Assembly (NCBI GenBank): GCA_964604995.1
Contig: CAZSAD010000009.1
Coordinates: 1 to 52,150, forward strand
Length of the DNA: 52,150 nt
Source of the DNA: an uncultured Methanosarcinales archaeon
GTDB lineage: Archaea > Nanobdellota > Nanobdellia > Woesearchaeales > JABMPP01
Direction: 5' to 3'
The notes under the pieces were generated by a model that ran no database searches, had not been told where the DNA came from, and was given only the letters and a program-made list of their open reading frames with translations. This document shows, piece after piece, positions 31,401 to 37,706 of the stretch (position 1 is its first letter; each line of letters opens with the position of its first letter). Position numbers and translations under genes: made by a program.

Positions 31401-32433
31401 TACTGCAATAAATAATTCATTTGTACAGCAATTAAACTACGGAAGATATGTTTGGTGGATAAATTGCACAGATCTTGTTGGAAACGAAAAACAATCAATT
31501 TCATATAATAATTTAGGAATAACCTACAAAGATGTGTTTATAAATTCAACATATATCTGGTTCTCAAATACAAGTAATGTTGAAAATCAAAATCTTACAA
31601 TATTTGCTACAATATATAATATAGGTACAGAAGCCATAACTGAAAATTTTAATGTAGCTTTTAACTTAGACTCATTAACTGGACAACAATTAGGATCATC
31701 TATTCTAGTAAATGGTTTAGGAATTAATTCAAGTATTACATTAAACACTAGCTGGCTCACAGTTACTGGTCTACACTATATAATTGTAAGTGCAGATATA
31801 CCAATAGATACTGGGGGTATTGTATCAGAAAATAATGAATCAAATAATTTTGCTAATTTAAGTTTTTTTGTTCCAATGTACAATTATTTTTATGGACAAT
31901 CAAAGTTAAATATCTTACTTGGTACTAGTACTGATTTTACAATAGTTTCATGGTACAATACTTCAACTTCTCAAGGAAATATTTATGTTACAGATACCAG
32001 TAGTATAATTAGTTGGACAAGTCTTCAAGCACTTAGTAGAAATTTAACAGGGTCATTTAAAATAAATGATTTTGAGGAAGCTGATATCGCATTAAACAGT
32101 TCAAATTATACAGATTCAATAAACAATACTTGGCTTGAAAATGGAATAATTAATGGTGTTGATACTTTTAATGTATACGGAAAACAAATATCTAATGTTC
32201 CAGTGTCAAATAGTACAAATAATACTTATTTTAAAACTGGGATTTTGTGGGATTCAAGTGATTCAAATCCAGGTGAATATAATGGAAGTCAAGACTTAGT
32301 TTTTGTAACAAAAATTTCTCCAACAACTTCTGGTAAATATGGAATTTCTGATTTTGAAATGAAAATTCCATCCAATCTAAAACAATTAGTCCCACCAACT
32401 GACAGTGTTAGTTTTTACTTTGAACTTAGGTGA
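19417..32433 (+). CDS. Giant secreted adhesin-like protein 2 (4338 aa), same architecture as giant 1 with internal duplications
   Basis: Uninterrupted 13-kb ORF; N-terminal hydrophobic signal; LYKC...C.G.W...DP.YAE module shared with giant 1; Cys-rich and Ig-like repeats; CARDB-like domain; ends VSFYFELR with no TM. Confidence 0.92.
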   Translation: MNNKTNKKSKLELIQKLKKIFFVSIPILLLVVFSIFTLFILFMPYSYSLAAPNSQFDISSNNNNNNNNALIGSSSGNFAYARNAYYDIGNIVEIIAKSSKEDTLLEVSDGNQVYSFLGQVSNSIYFEPRKEGNYTISLYDSNGQLLHQSYFFVGHVGTIPDPKLYQKSQDYSASQNTSSQNINSLNEISNYQLNFNNQSNNQNKFKKSVFSDYGKYYLGDNVKIKVASNVGDVFVQVMDGFSIYQFLGTSNDELIFIPQNPGNYKIQASDTNGNLIGEDSFIVVEKQDSTNLGTNSNKAKLVFDNSSNGFTIVVPDFEINQTEKNNLQNEDLNLSEANQIKFSDFNEHKNLKKIQLKDSKNAEKQFAILVIDSQTKIELDPSLAENESRIVDVIYQIKNKSKNLQQDNQKINFNVDNNPEDIDNIDNIIIFDANLSNPLNIKYDKITNRKKISDKIGIKKNEILEKSFFIDPTNADFKKGTFQFTAKGFALYKCANFNSSSQECLGNWDKFANLKPGLDYIIEFNSLDPGYAEIGLSVINTNKDAYYQNEKVSIYVGVLNQFGYPGKDAKVNITIISPDSSSYFYSTEYSNIYENGSLNLNAVNYLGMGEFTVEFDQTTLFGNYTISVIAQGLDYQNNYTSYFTVQNNLPYQIERIIPSVINPWHGAFKAQVHIVDYTSNGIYKYIEILPNDSIIIDSQNGIVTNNNQNTYITWSNLQNNQFLEYTIQAPLISPSIFEIGPSIIVSPDNISNILYAEARTWHIASDAATDFRLNETKNQSFTTLGNNISYGTKDNVENNVAVSVSASSNNNKILGIFANQSYFGSPLFISSASSFFFSGTFSSSRASQQFIKWGIQQISSSGSRTNICNTSEVAIGALNNVRYNLTGSCSPTTDIYLAPNELLYVTIYDRNSRTQTVTVSHFWDINGTPSYVDFSGTLLGDLSTNITTPSANISAITGDNIIAKCQVNCTGGDCLNVNVFLLINTSATSWRPINSTNGNLLLASGSNPQTISSLTDGQLLTFSLTANAVSNVLVKCNASSNYSNTNSSTEGEYKRINISAPNLPPDIQLITDGPSSNITPTQSPNSVVFTMNATDNNTDSYYLLVCSTNLTTAGGACIDEQICVSAYTLPSLFSSCSKSTSGLSGSYNWYAFACDSQTCSNPTNGTGVTGSPYYVNNLPTFDGINANDTLLKQGLFVNLTSINANDLENNNSLRLQCGDVSKNYNLCLGSFGFPQRSCIFNFTYSDNAGHTIYCALNDTYNISSEQTIILTADNIAPSISSPQINITPYIFQSSKLLLINISATDSNGISNVTVGNTSIKGMSQIPSSDFWAINTTLGSLGCNQTNSNCTLIFTAYDPASNTNTLSLQITIDNVTPSVTNPQINDSDKITRKDKDLQINITIVDTNQIVNVTIFNETTLQMVSIGNSKYQINTTLNALGCTALDSNCTLTFLALDIAGNINSTTTLGIIVDEINPSVTNPQSNKTITRRDNFIKINITIDDTNNIASISIFNNSAVSMIRKDVSNVWEINTTLNALGCIATNGPCNLVFNATDVAGNINSTTYFTIISDEVIPSISSPQINITPYIFQSSKLLLINISATDSNGISNVTVGNTSIKGMSQIPSSDFWAINTTLGSLGCNQTNSNCTLIFTAYDPASNTNTLSLQITIDNVTPSVTNPQINDSDKITRKDKDLQINITIVDTNQIVNVTIFNETTLQMVSIGNSKYQINTTLNALGCTALDSNCTLTFLALDIAGNINSTTTLGIIVDEIPPSVKNISINKTNNYVRSNLAINFTSNITDTNTVSSVFLNNSAMSKYSLLWNLTTTPATWGCTNGLCILFITATDVAGNINNTVSINFTVDDFAPSIQINFPSDNSNFSINSTNINFTVTDNLVNNLTCNLTLDSRVNNTNPIYAINGTFTNYTFVGLTESSHSWNITCWDYTPNFNTTISRIFRTDLNPPTVSLVNPGNNSVINLTNTFDFQYNVTDRMSTISSCSLYVNSTFDTGPDLTVSNNITQNFTTTLANGAYNWYVNCTDAAGYIGISPRFNIRFNITLDITPPDVNLDNPPKNYYKNSSNITLYYSAYDPFSGIKNCSLILNNLRNQTNTSYVNSTPNSNNFTLVNLQSGTYNWTVNCTDKSSRNNTGSAANGPFNFTIDTILPTAFNLSLPLNYSISSNLSPTFIWNTTTDINFANYTLIIDNNSDFSSLEFINYTYSSSSNIISVLISANKIWFWKVRAYDLASNYRDSNGSFIYITDTINPVVNLIYPQDATWNKTYSINLSYQPSDSYLKNCSLWSNFYGTWQQNITNTTLVNGLPNYFYNRLVPNGLFIWNVLCFDNASNSAFANSNFTLYIDTTPSQIALNYPSNNSNLSTSFINFNFTFIDALSPYGNCSILLDNSINVTNITSSNNSYTNYTINGLLEGSHNWQINCSDLAGNFNLSSKYSFLIDLTSPTVNITLPTNSTVYSSPRIVTFAYIPNDTLSKLTSCYLILNNQENISNLSISKGQVNNFVTYVDSGNYNWSVNCTDTVGLVGSSQIFELTLQPPRYINPSSPVSELQVDRDKVNPDAVDNLTFIASLSDLASGVTVTFKANLTDPIISGITTYTLGTAISNSTGFALINFSGTDQISNKIYAGNYTWWAESSEYIMNSTRTVLVYGGLNLTFRFDGELPDLYYGQNSTAYLQEFLRSFGPESDSQINGTYLANVNLTFTAPNSTNYTVILIDPEIPYPSQNTNQQIIPIINQQNTNQQINLQIDNSKKIENTKNENTNKIVTEKSNEKLIVINPKKSSYAPGENAEILIGIIDEYGKPVDSANFKIFIINPGNDFNNNSNSKYNNDFIELNYTQVSAGTYRSNFEIPKITKSNYNLIVVLENIANLKLIHVKKEQTPFIQKSTPAIVDPWKNKIPSKTYLGGNFTNVTFYEKLPSGSVATDYGTGKNFSKDNDNFIYWENINTGFWAEYILELPKQTPKLVTTQSSLLSNTGKEIAYFTWDYALDPSTTFTINETSGQSFTTLNNNISYGTKDNGENNVAVSVSASSSNNKILNIFANQSYFGAPLFVSSASSFFFSGTFSSNRATQEFIKWGIQKITISGERIDLCNTSESAIGATNNLRYNKTASCSPPTDIYLLENELLYVTIYDRNSRTGAVTVNHFWDINGTPSYLSFDGTLLGQLSANITSPVTTQTKTEGDLFTVTCAYNCTGGDCVNSNILMQVNTTSSWVDINATNGNIILDSGQTNPIFVNEITTSGGSSVFSLKANVNSSNRIRCIATSVYSNSTTIGMQETIINIRAQNTPPQFTSGPSDNNSNSLYPTQSPDYVTFTATAVDVNNDLYSLRVCEINATNPITCNGQTICASSFVASGTSTSCSVATNGKSGNYTWYAFVCDDYASNCSAANQGIGINASPYYVNNNPTLTSISASPSRVKLNSPITVTTIGAVDSENDLLRLQCGDSSGLTNLCIGTYGTGQRTCDFSSLWDDNLVHTIYCSLNDSFSISSEYTTTITADNIAPQINLTWPNNQYASTNHLLSFYYSVAGAPLAICQLYGNFNGVYSLNETNIAPLENTNLSFGQFNLQNGNFLWNIFCNDTAGNGNFSATNLSFTIDSIPPIVNLQSPSIDYHELNSNIINFIFNTNDVLSEVSNCSLIINNNINGSALTPIVEDAPQQITRTLDDGNYNWSINCTDSLGNTGNSTTYNLTLQVTDMPPSVILLFPQNKTYTNNNNMTFQYYVNDDRGLLNCSLILDGLTNITNTTPIVLDQTNNITATYLSQGIHNWSVSCMDTSHNIVTPSSLRLYTDFTSPVVKIESPPNGATYNLSDRVPLIFNVTDSFGASLISNCSIYINDSLEKTIYNIIQDSSQTIIHTLSNGAYLWNVSCFDTAGNYNTSETFYLRVNSTLKIWNGSFDIGSKQQGVWNLSSTASAKWFYPIATSPTSSSRNLTLDLSPPNITLIFPLNNTNTTNTIVTFVFNVSDTLSNISSCSLIINGTIYQTNTSITAINNSFVQQLNYGRYVWWINCTDLVGNEKQSISYNNLGITYKDVFINSTYIWFSNTSNVENQNLTIFATIYNIGTEAITENFNVAFNLDSLTGQQLGSSILVNGLGINSSITLNTSWLTVTGLHYIIVSADIPIDTGGIVSENNESNNFANLSFFVPMYNYFYGQSKLNILLGTSTDFTIVSWYNTSTSQGNIYVTDTSSIISWTSLQALSRNLTGSFKINDFEEADIALNSSNYTDSINNTWLENGIINGVDTFNVYGKQISNVPVSNSTNNTYFKTGILWDSSDSNPGEYNGSQDLVFVTKISPTTSGKYGISDFEMKIPSNLKQLVPPTDSVSFYFELR
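21022..23240 (+). repeat. Diverged multi-domain module in giant 2, copy 1
   Basis: Collinear with about 27760-29940: VINTNK/VINPKK, QSFTTL.NNISYGTKDN.ENNVAVSVSASS, NELLYVTIYDRNSRT, HFWDINGTPSY, LRLQCGD, HTIYC.LND, TADNIAP. Confidence 0.85.
23244..23834 (+). repeat. 591-bp in-frame direct repeat, copy 1
   Basis: Matches 24132-24722 (offset 888 nt = 296 codons); translated segments are identical and no nucleotide difference was found in the parts compared by eye. Confidence 0.92.
24132..24722 (+). repeat. 591-bp in-frame direct repeat, copy 2
   Basis: Matches 23244-23834. Confidence 0.92.
27760..29940 (+). repeat. Diverged multi-domain module in giant 2, copy 2
   Basis: Collinear with about 21022-23240; strong nucleotide similarity between about 21750-21970 and 28447-28670. 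Confidence 0.85.
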
Positions 32434-32528
32434 AAGAATGAAAAAAATAATTATTAAAAAAATAGTAAGATATCAAACAAATTCCAATTTAGTAATCACT
32501 TCTTTTTTTCAAACTAACCACTTCATAT

Positions 32529-32596
32529 TTCATCACATCGCACACCGCCTGCTGGTCAAAAACCAGTGGGCGGTTGCGCCCTTTTACTAATATTTT
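32529..32596 (+). terminator. GC-rich 3' hairpin after the giant-protein operon (terminator, stabiliser or structured RNA)
   Basis: CGCA(C)ACCGCC-T-GCTGGT-CAAAA-ACCAGT-G-GGCGGT-TGCG at 32539-32578. Two G-U pairs form only on the + strand; followed by CCTTTTACTAATATTTT. Confidence 0.65.
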
Positions 32597-32661
32597 ATTT
32601 ACTGGTTTAATTATGATCACCAATTCAACAAAAAATTATCAAATGTAACTTTTAAATAATA

Positions 32662-32677
32662 ACAAAGATATTTATAC
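32662..32677 (+). promoter_or_regulatory. Candidate BRE/TATA promoter for the 538-aa gene
   Basis: ACAAAGATATTTATAC about 120 nt upstream of ATG 32797; GAGGA SD before the start. Confidence 0.35.
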
Positions 32678-32796
32678 TGTATTTATAGATAGAAATTGAT
32701 TAGGGGTAAGTATCAAATTATTTGTCATATCTTTAAATCACAAATTCATATTTAATAAATAGTTAAAACTAATAAATAATCAAAAAAGAGGATAGC

Positions 32797-34413
32797 ATGG
32801 TAAAAGAATTATTAAATAGCATTCTAGGCAAAGAAACCGAAGATGATATTCCAGATGAATTACCTTCACTTGCTGATTCAGCAAATTCCGCAAAAAAACC
32901 TTCATCAGTTCCAGATGAATTGCCACAAATTAAAGTTCCTTCAAAATCCTCTTCAGCTTCATTAGTTTTATCTTCTTTTAAATCTTTAACTGCTCCAGTT
33001 ACTTCACAAGCATCAAAACCAAGTACAACTCCAAATTCAGTTACAAAACCTTTAGGTGATACATCAAAACCAATTGAAAAAGTAATAGATTCACCAAATA
33101 TCTCTAAAACAGTTACATTAGTAAAAAAAGAAGACACTAAAGACTCAAACTCTAAAGATTATAAAGATAGATCAATAATTGAAAGAGAAATTGAGCTCTT
33201 ACAAAAAGAGTTTTCACAACCAGAAGAAGTTAAAATTGTAGTACAAGATGCTCCTAATTTGGAAGAAAATAAACTTAAAACTACTGAAATTAATGATATC
33301 ATAGTGGACAATGTACATACAGATGATATGCACTTTGCAATGAATAGTATGGCAGTAAAATTACAAGAACAGCAAAGCAAACCAGGTTTCTTTTCAGATT
33401 TTTATAAAATTTTAAAAGAGCAAGGATACAATGATGCTTTATTATCTCAAGATTTATTTAACAGGATGAAAAATTATCATGATATTAAACCTAATGAAAC
33501 AGGTACTATTTTTACAGGCAATGAGCCAGAATTAAAAGAAAATCTTTTGCAAAAAATTAATGAATTAAAAGAATTAGAATCAAAATGGCAAGTTCAAAAA
33601 TCAATTCTCGAAGAAGATAAAAAATTTTTATTGCAACGCGAAGAAGAAATTCAAACTAAAATATCGGAATTGAAAAAAGTATCAAATGAATTAAAATTCC
33701 ATCAAAATGTTACACAAACACAATATTTTAAATTGAAAAATGGTGTTGTTATCAAAAATGTTCGAGAAATGCTTGAAGTTCTAAAAGTTATAGATGATGA
33801 AACCTTTAATTATCACATTTCTAATGGCAGGAATGATTTTTATGAATGGATAAAAAATATAGTGAAAGATGAATCTTTAGCACATAAAATGTTAGGTAAA
33901 AGGGATAGGAATCATTTAATTCTTACCATGGAAGCAGAAATTAAGCAAGAAGAACTAAATCCAAAATCTAATTCATTATATAATTTGTTATATAATAAAG
34001 AGAATAATAAAAATAAAATAAATAGTGAAAAAAATAACAACAGCGAACAAAACACAACTAATACTAAGCAAAATACTGAGCAAACCTCTTCTTTAATGCC
34101 TTCTATTTCTCAAAACAAACCTCAACCTATTCTAAATTCTTCAAAATTAAATTTAAGAACTTCTTATAAAGAACCAGAAAATCCTGATCATTTTTTCAAA
34201 TTGAAAAATGGGCAAACAGTTAGAAACTTGACCGATTTAACAAAAGCATTGCAAGAAATTTCAGATGAGGAATTTAGGTTTCATGTAAATAATTACAAAA
34301 ATGATTTTGCTCAGTGGGTAAGACATATCTTTAAAGATGAAAAATTAGCAAATTATCTCGAACCAATTAAAACAAAACAAGAAATGATTCATTTTCTTGA
34401 CGTCTTTTTGTAA
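32797..34413 (+). CDS. Cytoplasmic protein: low-complexity N-terminus, coiled coil and two DUF5752-like domains
   Basis: No signal peptide or TM; repeated PDELP motif; coiled-coil-like E/K/L stretch; two copies of FKLKNG..[IV].N....L..I.DE.F..H....NDF..W[IV]..I.KDE.LA at about 33724-33935 and 34192-34410. Confidence 0.8.
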   Translation: MVKELLNSILGKETEDDIPDELPSLADSANSAKKPSSVPDELPQIKVPSKSSSASLVLSSFKSLTAPVTSQASKPSTTPNSVTKPLGDTSKPIEKVIDSPNISKTVTLVKKEDTKDSNSKDYKDRSIIEREIELLQKEFSQPEEVKIVVQDAPNLEENKLKTTEINDIIVDNVHTDDMHFAMNSMAVKLQEQQSKPGFFSDFYKILKEQGYNDALLSQDLFNRMKNYHDIKPNETGTIFTGNEPELKENLLQKINELKELESKWQVQKSILEEDKKFLLQREEEIQTKISELKKVSNELKFHQNVTQTQYFKLKNGVVIKNVREMLEVLKVIDDETFNYHISNGRNDFYEWIKNIVKDESLAHKMLGKRDRNHLILTMEAEIKQEELNPKSNSLYNLLYNKENNKNKINSEKNNNSEQNTTNTKQNTEQTSSLMPSISQNKPQPILNSSKLNLRTSYKEPENPDHFFKLKNGQTVRNLTDLTKALQEISDEEFRFHVNNYKNDFAQWVRHIFKDEKLANYLEPIKTKQEMIHFLDVFL

Positions 34414-34742
34414 TTTTTATTTTGTGTTTTTTATAAATCTCTCTTTTCAGAATTAATTAAAAAATGTTTTTTTCTATCTACACATTAATTTAAACTCGAC
34501 TAAAAAATATTTAAAATCTTTTTTTCGTCGATAAAGGTCAATTTTGACTTATTTTATATTATATTTTTCAAAAATAACTATTTATAAACTTTTAATATCT
34601 AAATAAAGAAGTAATAGTGATATTATTAATAATTAAAATATTTATAATAGTTATTTAATGATATAAACATTTATTCATCTGTTAATTAACTAAAAAATCT
34701 CTATTTATTCTTCAATTAGTATATTTTTATCCTAAATTCTAT

Positions 34743-34757
34743 AGAAACATTTATATA
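34743..34757 (+). promoter_or_regulatory. BRE/TATA promoter of the subunit gene array
   Basis: AGAAACATTTATATA about 150 nt upstream of ATG 34905, which has a strong SD (GAGGAGGTG). Confidence 0.5.
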
Positions 34758-34904
34758 TGAGTATACATATAAGGCTACTAAATCCCTAAATTAACAATCA
34801 ATTTATAAAAAAACGACCTAATTTAGGAAAAAATAACTTGCATATTAATAAAAATCAAAAAGAAGCGAAAAGCAAGCGAAGTGCCCTGTGAGGAGGTGTA
34901 GATC

Positions 34905-35699
34905 ATGAATAGTAAAATTAGATTATTGTTTGTTATAACGGTGGTATTTAGTATATTTTCTGCATTTAATGTTTTTGCAGCGTCACCTGCGTATCCAAAT
35001 GCGCCAGATACTATAAGTACAGAAAGTTCAACAAGATTTCCACAACCTGAAAATCCAGTAATACTCGAAGCCGAAGCAGGAAATGTAACTGAACTCATTT
35101 TCACTTCACAAAGATCAACTATGGCCTGGCAAGGTTACTATGGTAACATAACAGGTACAATAGTTTTAGCTGATGCAAATAACAATTCTATGTATAGTTG
35201 GGCTATAGCTCAAGCACAAGGTCAAATATTTGCAGCAAATACTTCTGGAATTGATTGGCCATCAGTTAGATGTGTAAATTATAGTGCTTCAAATGATGTA
35301 ACAGTCAGTGGACAAACATTAAATTTGACAACACTTGAAGATTCTTTCGGAATCAACTTATCCGATAAAGATGGTTTCAATGAAACATTCAACAATACAT
35401 ATACTTGCGGTGGTGCAGATCCATGTTTTAGAATTGCAACAAGAATGATACGCAGTGGTGAATGCCCAATGGTCACAACTTATGTTGATGGCATAAGTCA
35501 ACCAACTTCCTTTAGAGAAGTTTTGATGAATGACAATAATACTGGAGCAGTCTTATTTGTAGCATTGCTTGAACCACACATTGATGGTTTCAAAACAGGT
35601 GTTGATCAACACGACTTCCAAATGGTAGTTGCAGAAAATGGTCATGCAGGTTTTGAAGAATCAACAACGACATATTATTTTTATGTCCAACTGTCTTAA
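34905..35699 (+). CDS. Secreted putative filament subunit B (WQGYYG subfamily)
   Basis: Signal peptide VFA|ASP; AEAGNVT, WQGYYGNITGTIVLADA, DKDGFNETFNNT (near-identical to subunit A), DFQMVV, YYFYVQLS. Confidence 0.88.
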   Translation: MNSKIRLLFVITVVFSIFSAFNVFAASPAYPNAPDTISTESSTRFPQPENPVILEAEAGNVTELIFTSQRSTMAWQGYYGNITGTIVLADANNNSMYSWAIAQAQGQIFAANTSGIDWPSVRCVNYSASNDVTVSGQTLNLTTLEDSFGINLSDKDGFNETFNNTYTCGGADPCFRIATRMIRSGECPMVTTYVDGISQPTSFREVLMNDNNTGAVLFVALLEPHIDGFKTGVDQHDFQMVVAENGHAGFEESTTTYYFYVQLS

Positions 35700-35730
35700 A
35701 TGGACAGAATTTTTTATTTTTTATTTTATA
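35691..35730 (+). terminator. Hairpin plus U-tract overlapping the subunit B stop codon
   Basis: CTGTCT-TAAAT-GGACAG followed by AATTTTTTATTTTT. Confidence 0.45.
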
Positions 35731-35746
35731 AATTATTATTCAATTC

Positions 35747-35803
35747 CAATCATAAACAATCATGAACAATCATAAAAAAAATCATCACATTCACATCATC
35801 ACA
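35747..35803 (+). repeat. Short tandem repeats in the intergenic spacer
   Basis: CAATCAT[A/G]AA x3 at 35747-35776, then ATCATCACA twice. Confidence 0.7.
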
Positions 35804-35860
35804 AATTACACATTACAAACGTATAGTGAAATGAAATAAAACGAAATGAAAGAGGTAAAA

Positions 35861-36631
35861 ATGGTTAAACAAAAAATCAATTTGTCAGGCAGCTTTTCTG
35901 CCTTAATAGCCCTGACAGCGTTGTTTCTCTTACTAGTTAATTTAGCTTTGTCTGCAACTCCTGAAGGTCCAACAATAACTCTAGTTAGTAATACTACAAA
36001 AGCAGTACGTGCACCAGAAATAAATAATGGTACTGGTGGAACATCTGGTAATCAAGCAGGTGGTTATATCTTTACAAATAATTTAAACACATTGCAAAGA
36101 AACACCAAATGGAAAGCTTATGTTGGAAATGTTTCTGGTACTTTAACATTAGACGATGCATCTGGAAATACCATCTATAAATGGCCAGTATTATCATCAA
36201 GTCTTGTTGGCAATGTGTACGCAACAAGAACTTCAAGTGTCGTTACATGGTCATCAATTGAATGTGCAAATTTAACACATATAGAAGCTGAAAATATAGC
36301 AATAAATCATACAAGTGCAGTTGATAATATCACAACAACTTTCAACGCATCATCAGCACACTCTGCGTTTACAATTGCTGGAACATCATTAACTACCTGT
36401 AGATCAACATCAACTTATGTAAATGATTTAGCTCAAAGCCAAACTTCAACTGATACTTTCCAAGAAATTGTAACTTATGATGGAACTAATATTGTTTATG
36501 CAACAAAAGTTGAAAATCATGTTACTGATTTTGCAGGTACAACATCTGATTTCCAAATATTAATTCCAGAAATTGGACTAGCAACTTGGGCAAGCTCAAC
36601 AGCATATTACTTTTATGTAGAGATACAATAA
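35861..36631 (+). CDS. Secreted putative filament subunit C (WKAYVG subfamily)
   Basis: Signal peptide ALS|ATPEGPTITL; WKAYVGNVSGTLTLDDASG, CANLTHIE.EN.AIN, YYFYVEIQ. Start set to ATG 35861 after GAGGT; the ORF track start is 35846. Confidence 0.88.
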   Translation: MVKQKINLSGSFSALIALTALFLLLVNLALSATPEGPTITLVSNTTKAVRAPEINNGTGGTSGNQAGGYIFTNNLNTLQRNTKWKAYVGNVSGTLTLDDASGNTIYKWPVLSSSLVGNVYATRTSSVVTWSSIECANLTHIEAENIAINHTSAVDNITTTFNASSAHSAFTIAGTSLTTCRSTSTYVNDLAQSQTSTDTFQEIVTYDGTNIVYATKVENHVTDFAGTTSDFQILIPEIGLATWASSTAYYFYVEIQ

Positions 36632-36724
36632 AAGTTCAATTATATATTAAACATCAACGACAACTTTACACATTTTCGCAATATCTATTATATAAAATTA
36701 TGTAAAAAAGCGAAATGAAATGAA

Positions 36725-37669
36725 ATGAAAAACGAAACCCTACTCAAAATTATTGCAACACTATTATTGTTGGCTTTTGGGATTACATTTGTATCTACGC
36801 CTTATTCCCAATATGCACTAGCAGGTTTGTACGATACTAATGATACTGCAATATCTAAAGTTAATGTTACAAATGTAGCACCAGTAATTAGTAGTGTTAT
36901 TTTGTATTCAAATATAAGCAATGTAGATATAGATTTATTTCCAGGTACAATAACAACTGTTTATTGTAATGCGACAGTTACTGATTTGAATGGTTATTTA
37001 GATATCAATATGACCAATGCAACTCTTTACCATATAACAAATTCAAGTAATTCAGCAGACAATGAGATAAAACATTATACCAATGCTAGTTGCATTATGT
37101 TTGGTGGCAGTGGTTCAAATCTTACAACCTCATGTAAATTTGAAATGCAATATTTTGCTTTAAATGGAACTTGGGTGTGCAATGTTACTGTCAAAGATCA
37201 AACTATAGGTGGTGTTTTTGCAACTGGTCAAAATTACACTTATGAAAATATCACTCCTTTAGTTGCATTAAATGTTACAGAACTTATTGATTTTGGAACT
37301 TTAGCTCCAAATGAAAATTCAACAAGTGATTCTAACGCAACTATCACAAATTTAGGCAATGTAAGAATCGATTTGAATACACATGGATATGCAAGAAATG
37401 ACGGCGATGGTTATGCAATGGTTTGTGATGTTGGTAATATTTCAATTGGTAATGAAAAATATAATATCACAACTCCTGGTTTAAACCATGCAAGTATGAC
37501 TGCATTAACAGGTACAATTGCAGGATTTACAGAAACCAGTTTTAATCTAAATACAGCAAATACCTCTGCAGCACTTTCAAGTATTAAAACTTACTGGAAA
37601 GTTGCAGTTCCAATAGGAACAAGAGGTATGTGCAATGGAACAATTGTGTTCAATGCAATGATTGGTTAA
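36725..37669 (+). CDS. Secreted two-domain protein F1 (Ig-like domain plus pilin-like C-terminal domain)
   Basis: Signal peptide; Cys-paired Ig-like N-domain; IDFGTLAP...NATITNLGNVRIDL...YWKVAVP...GMCNGTIVFNA; close paralogue of 39657..40601. Confidence 0.85.
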   Translation: MKNETLLKIIATLLLLAFGITFVSTPYSQYALAGLYDTNDTAISKVNVTNVAPVISSVILYSNISNVDIDLFPGTITTVYCNATVTDLNGYLDINMTNATLYHITNSSNSADNEIKHYTNASCIMFGGSGSNLTTSCKFEMQYFALNGTWVCNVTVKDQTIGGVFATGQNYTYENITPLVALNVTELIDFGTLAPNENSTSDSNATITNLGNVRIDLNTHGYARNDGDGYAMVCDVGNISIGNEKYNITTPGLNHASMTALTGTIAGFTETSFNLNTANTSAALSSIKTYWKVAVPIGTRGMCNGTIVFNAMIG

Positions 37670-37706
37670 TTTAAAGTAAAAGAGAGATAAAAAAGGTGAC
37701 AGTGAA

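Noticed and set aside
32431..32578. TGA plus downstream hairpin as a selenocysteine recoding (SECIS) signal
   Set aside because: The TGA falls exactly at the family's conserved terminus (YFELR* versus FVELK* and YVELS*), and the hairpin lacks the archaeal SECIS GAA/A motif.
32405..32590. 61-aa ORF after giant 2
   Set aside because: It overlaps the giant-2 end, has no motif and runs through the GC-rich hairpin, which is better explained as RNA structure.
32480..32590. C/D-box sRNA, tRNA or SRP RNA at the GC-rich hairpin
   Set aside because: A minus-strand GTGATGA resembles box C, but no suitably placed CTGA box D, cloverleaf or SRP helix-8 motif was found.
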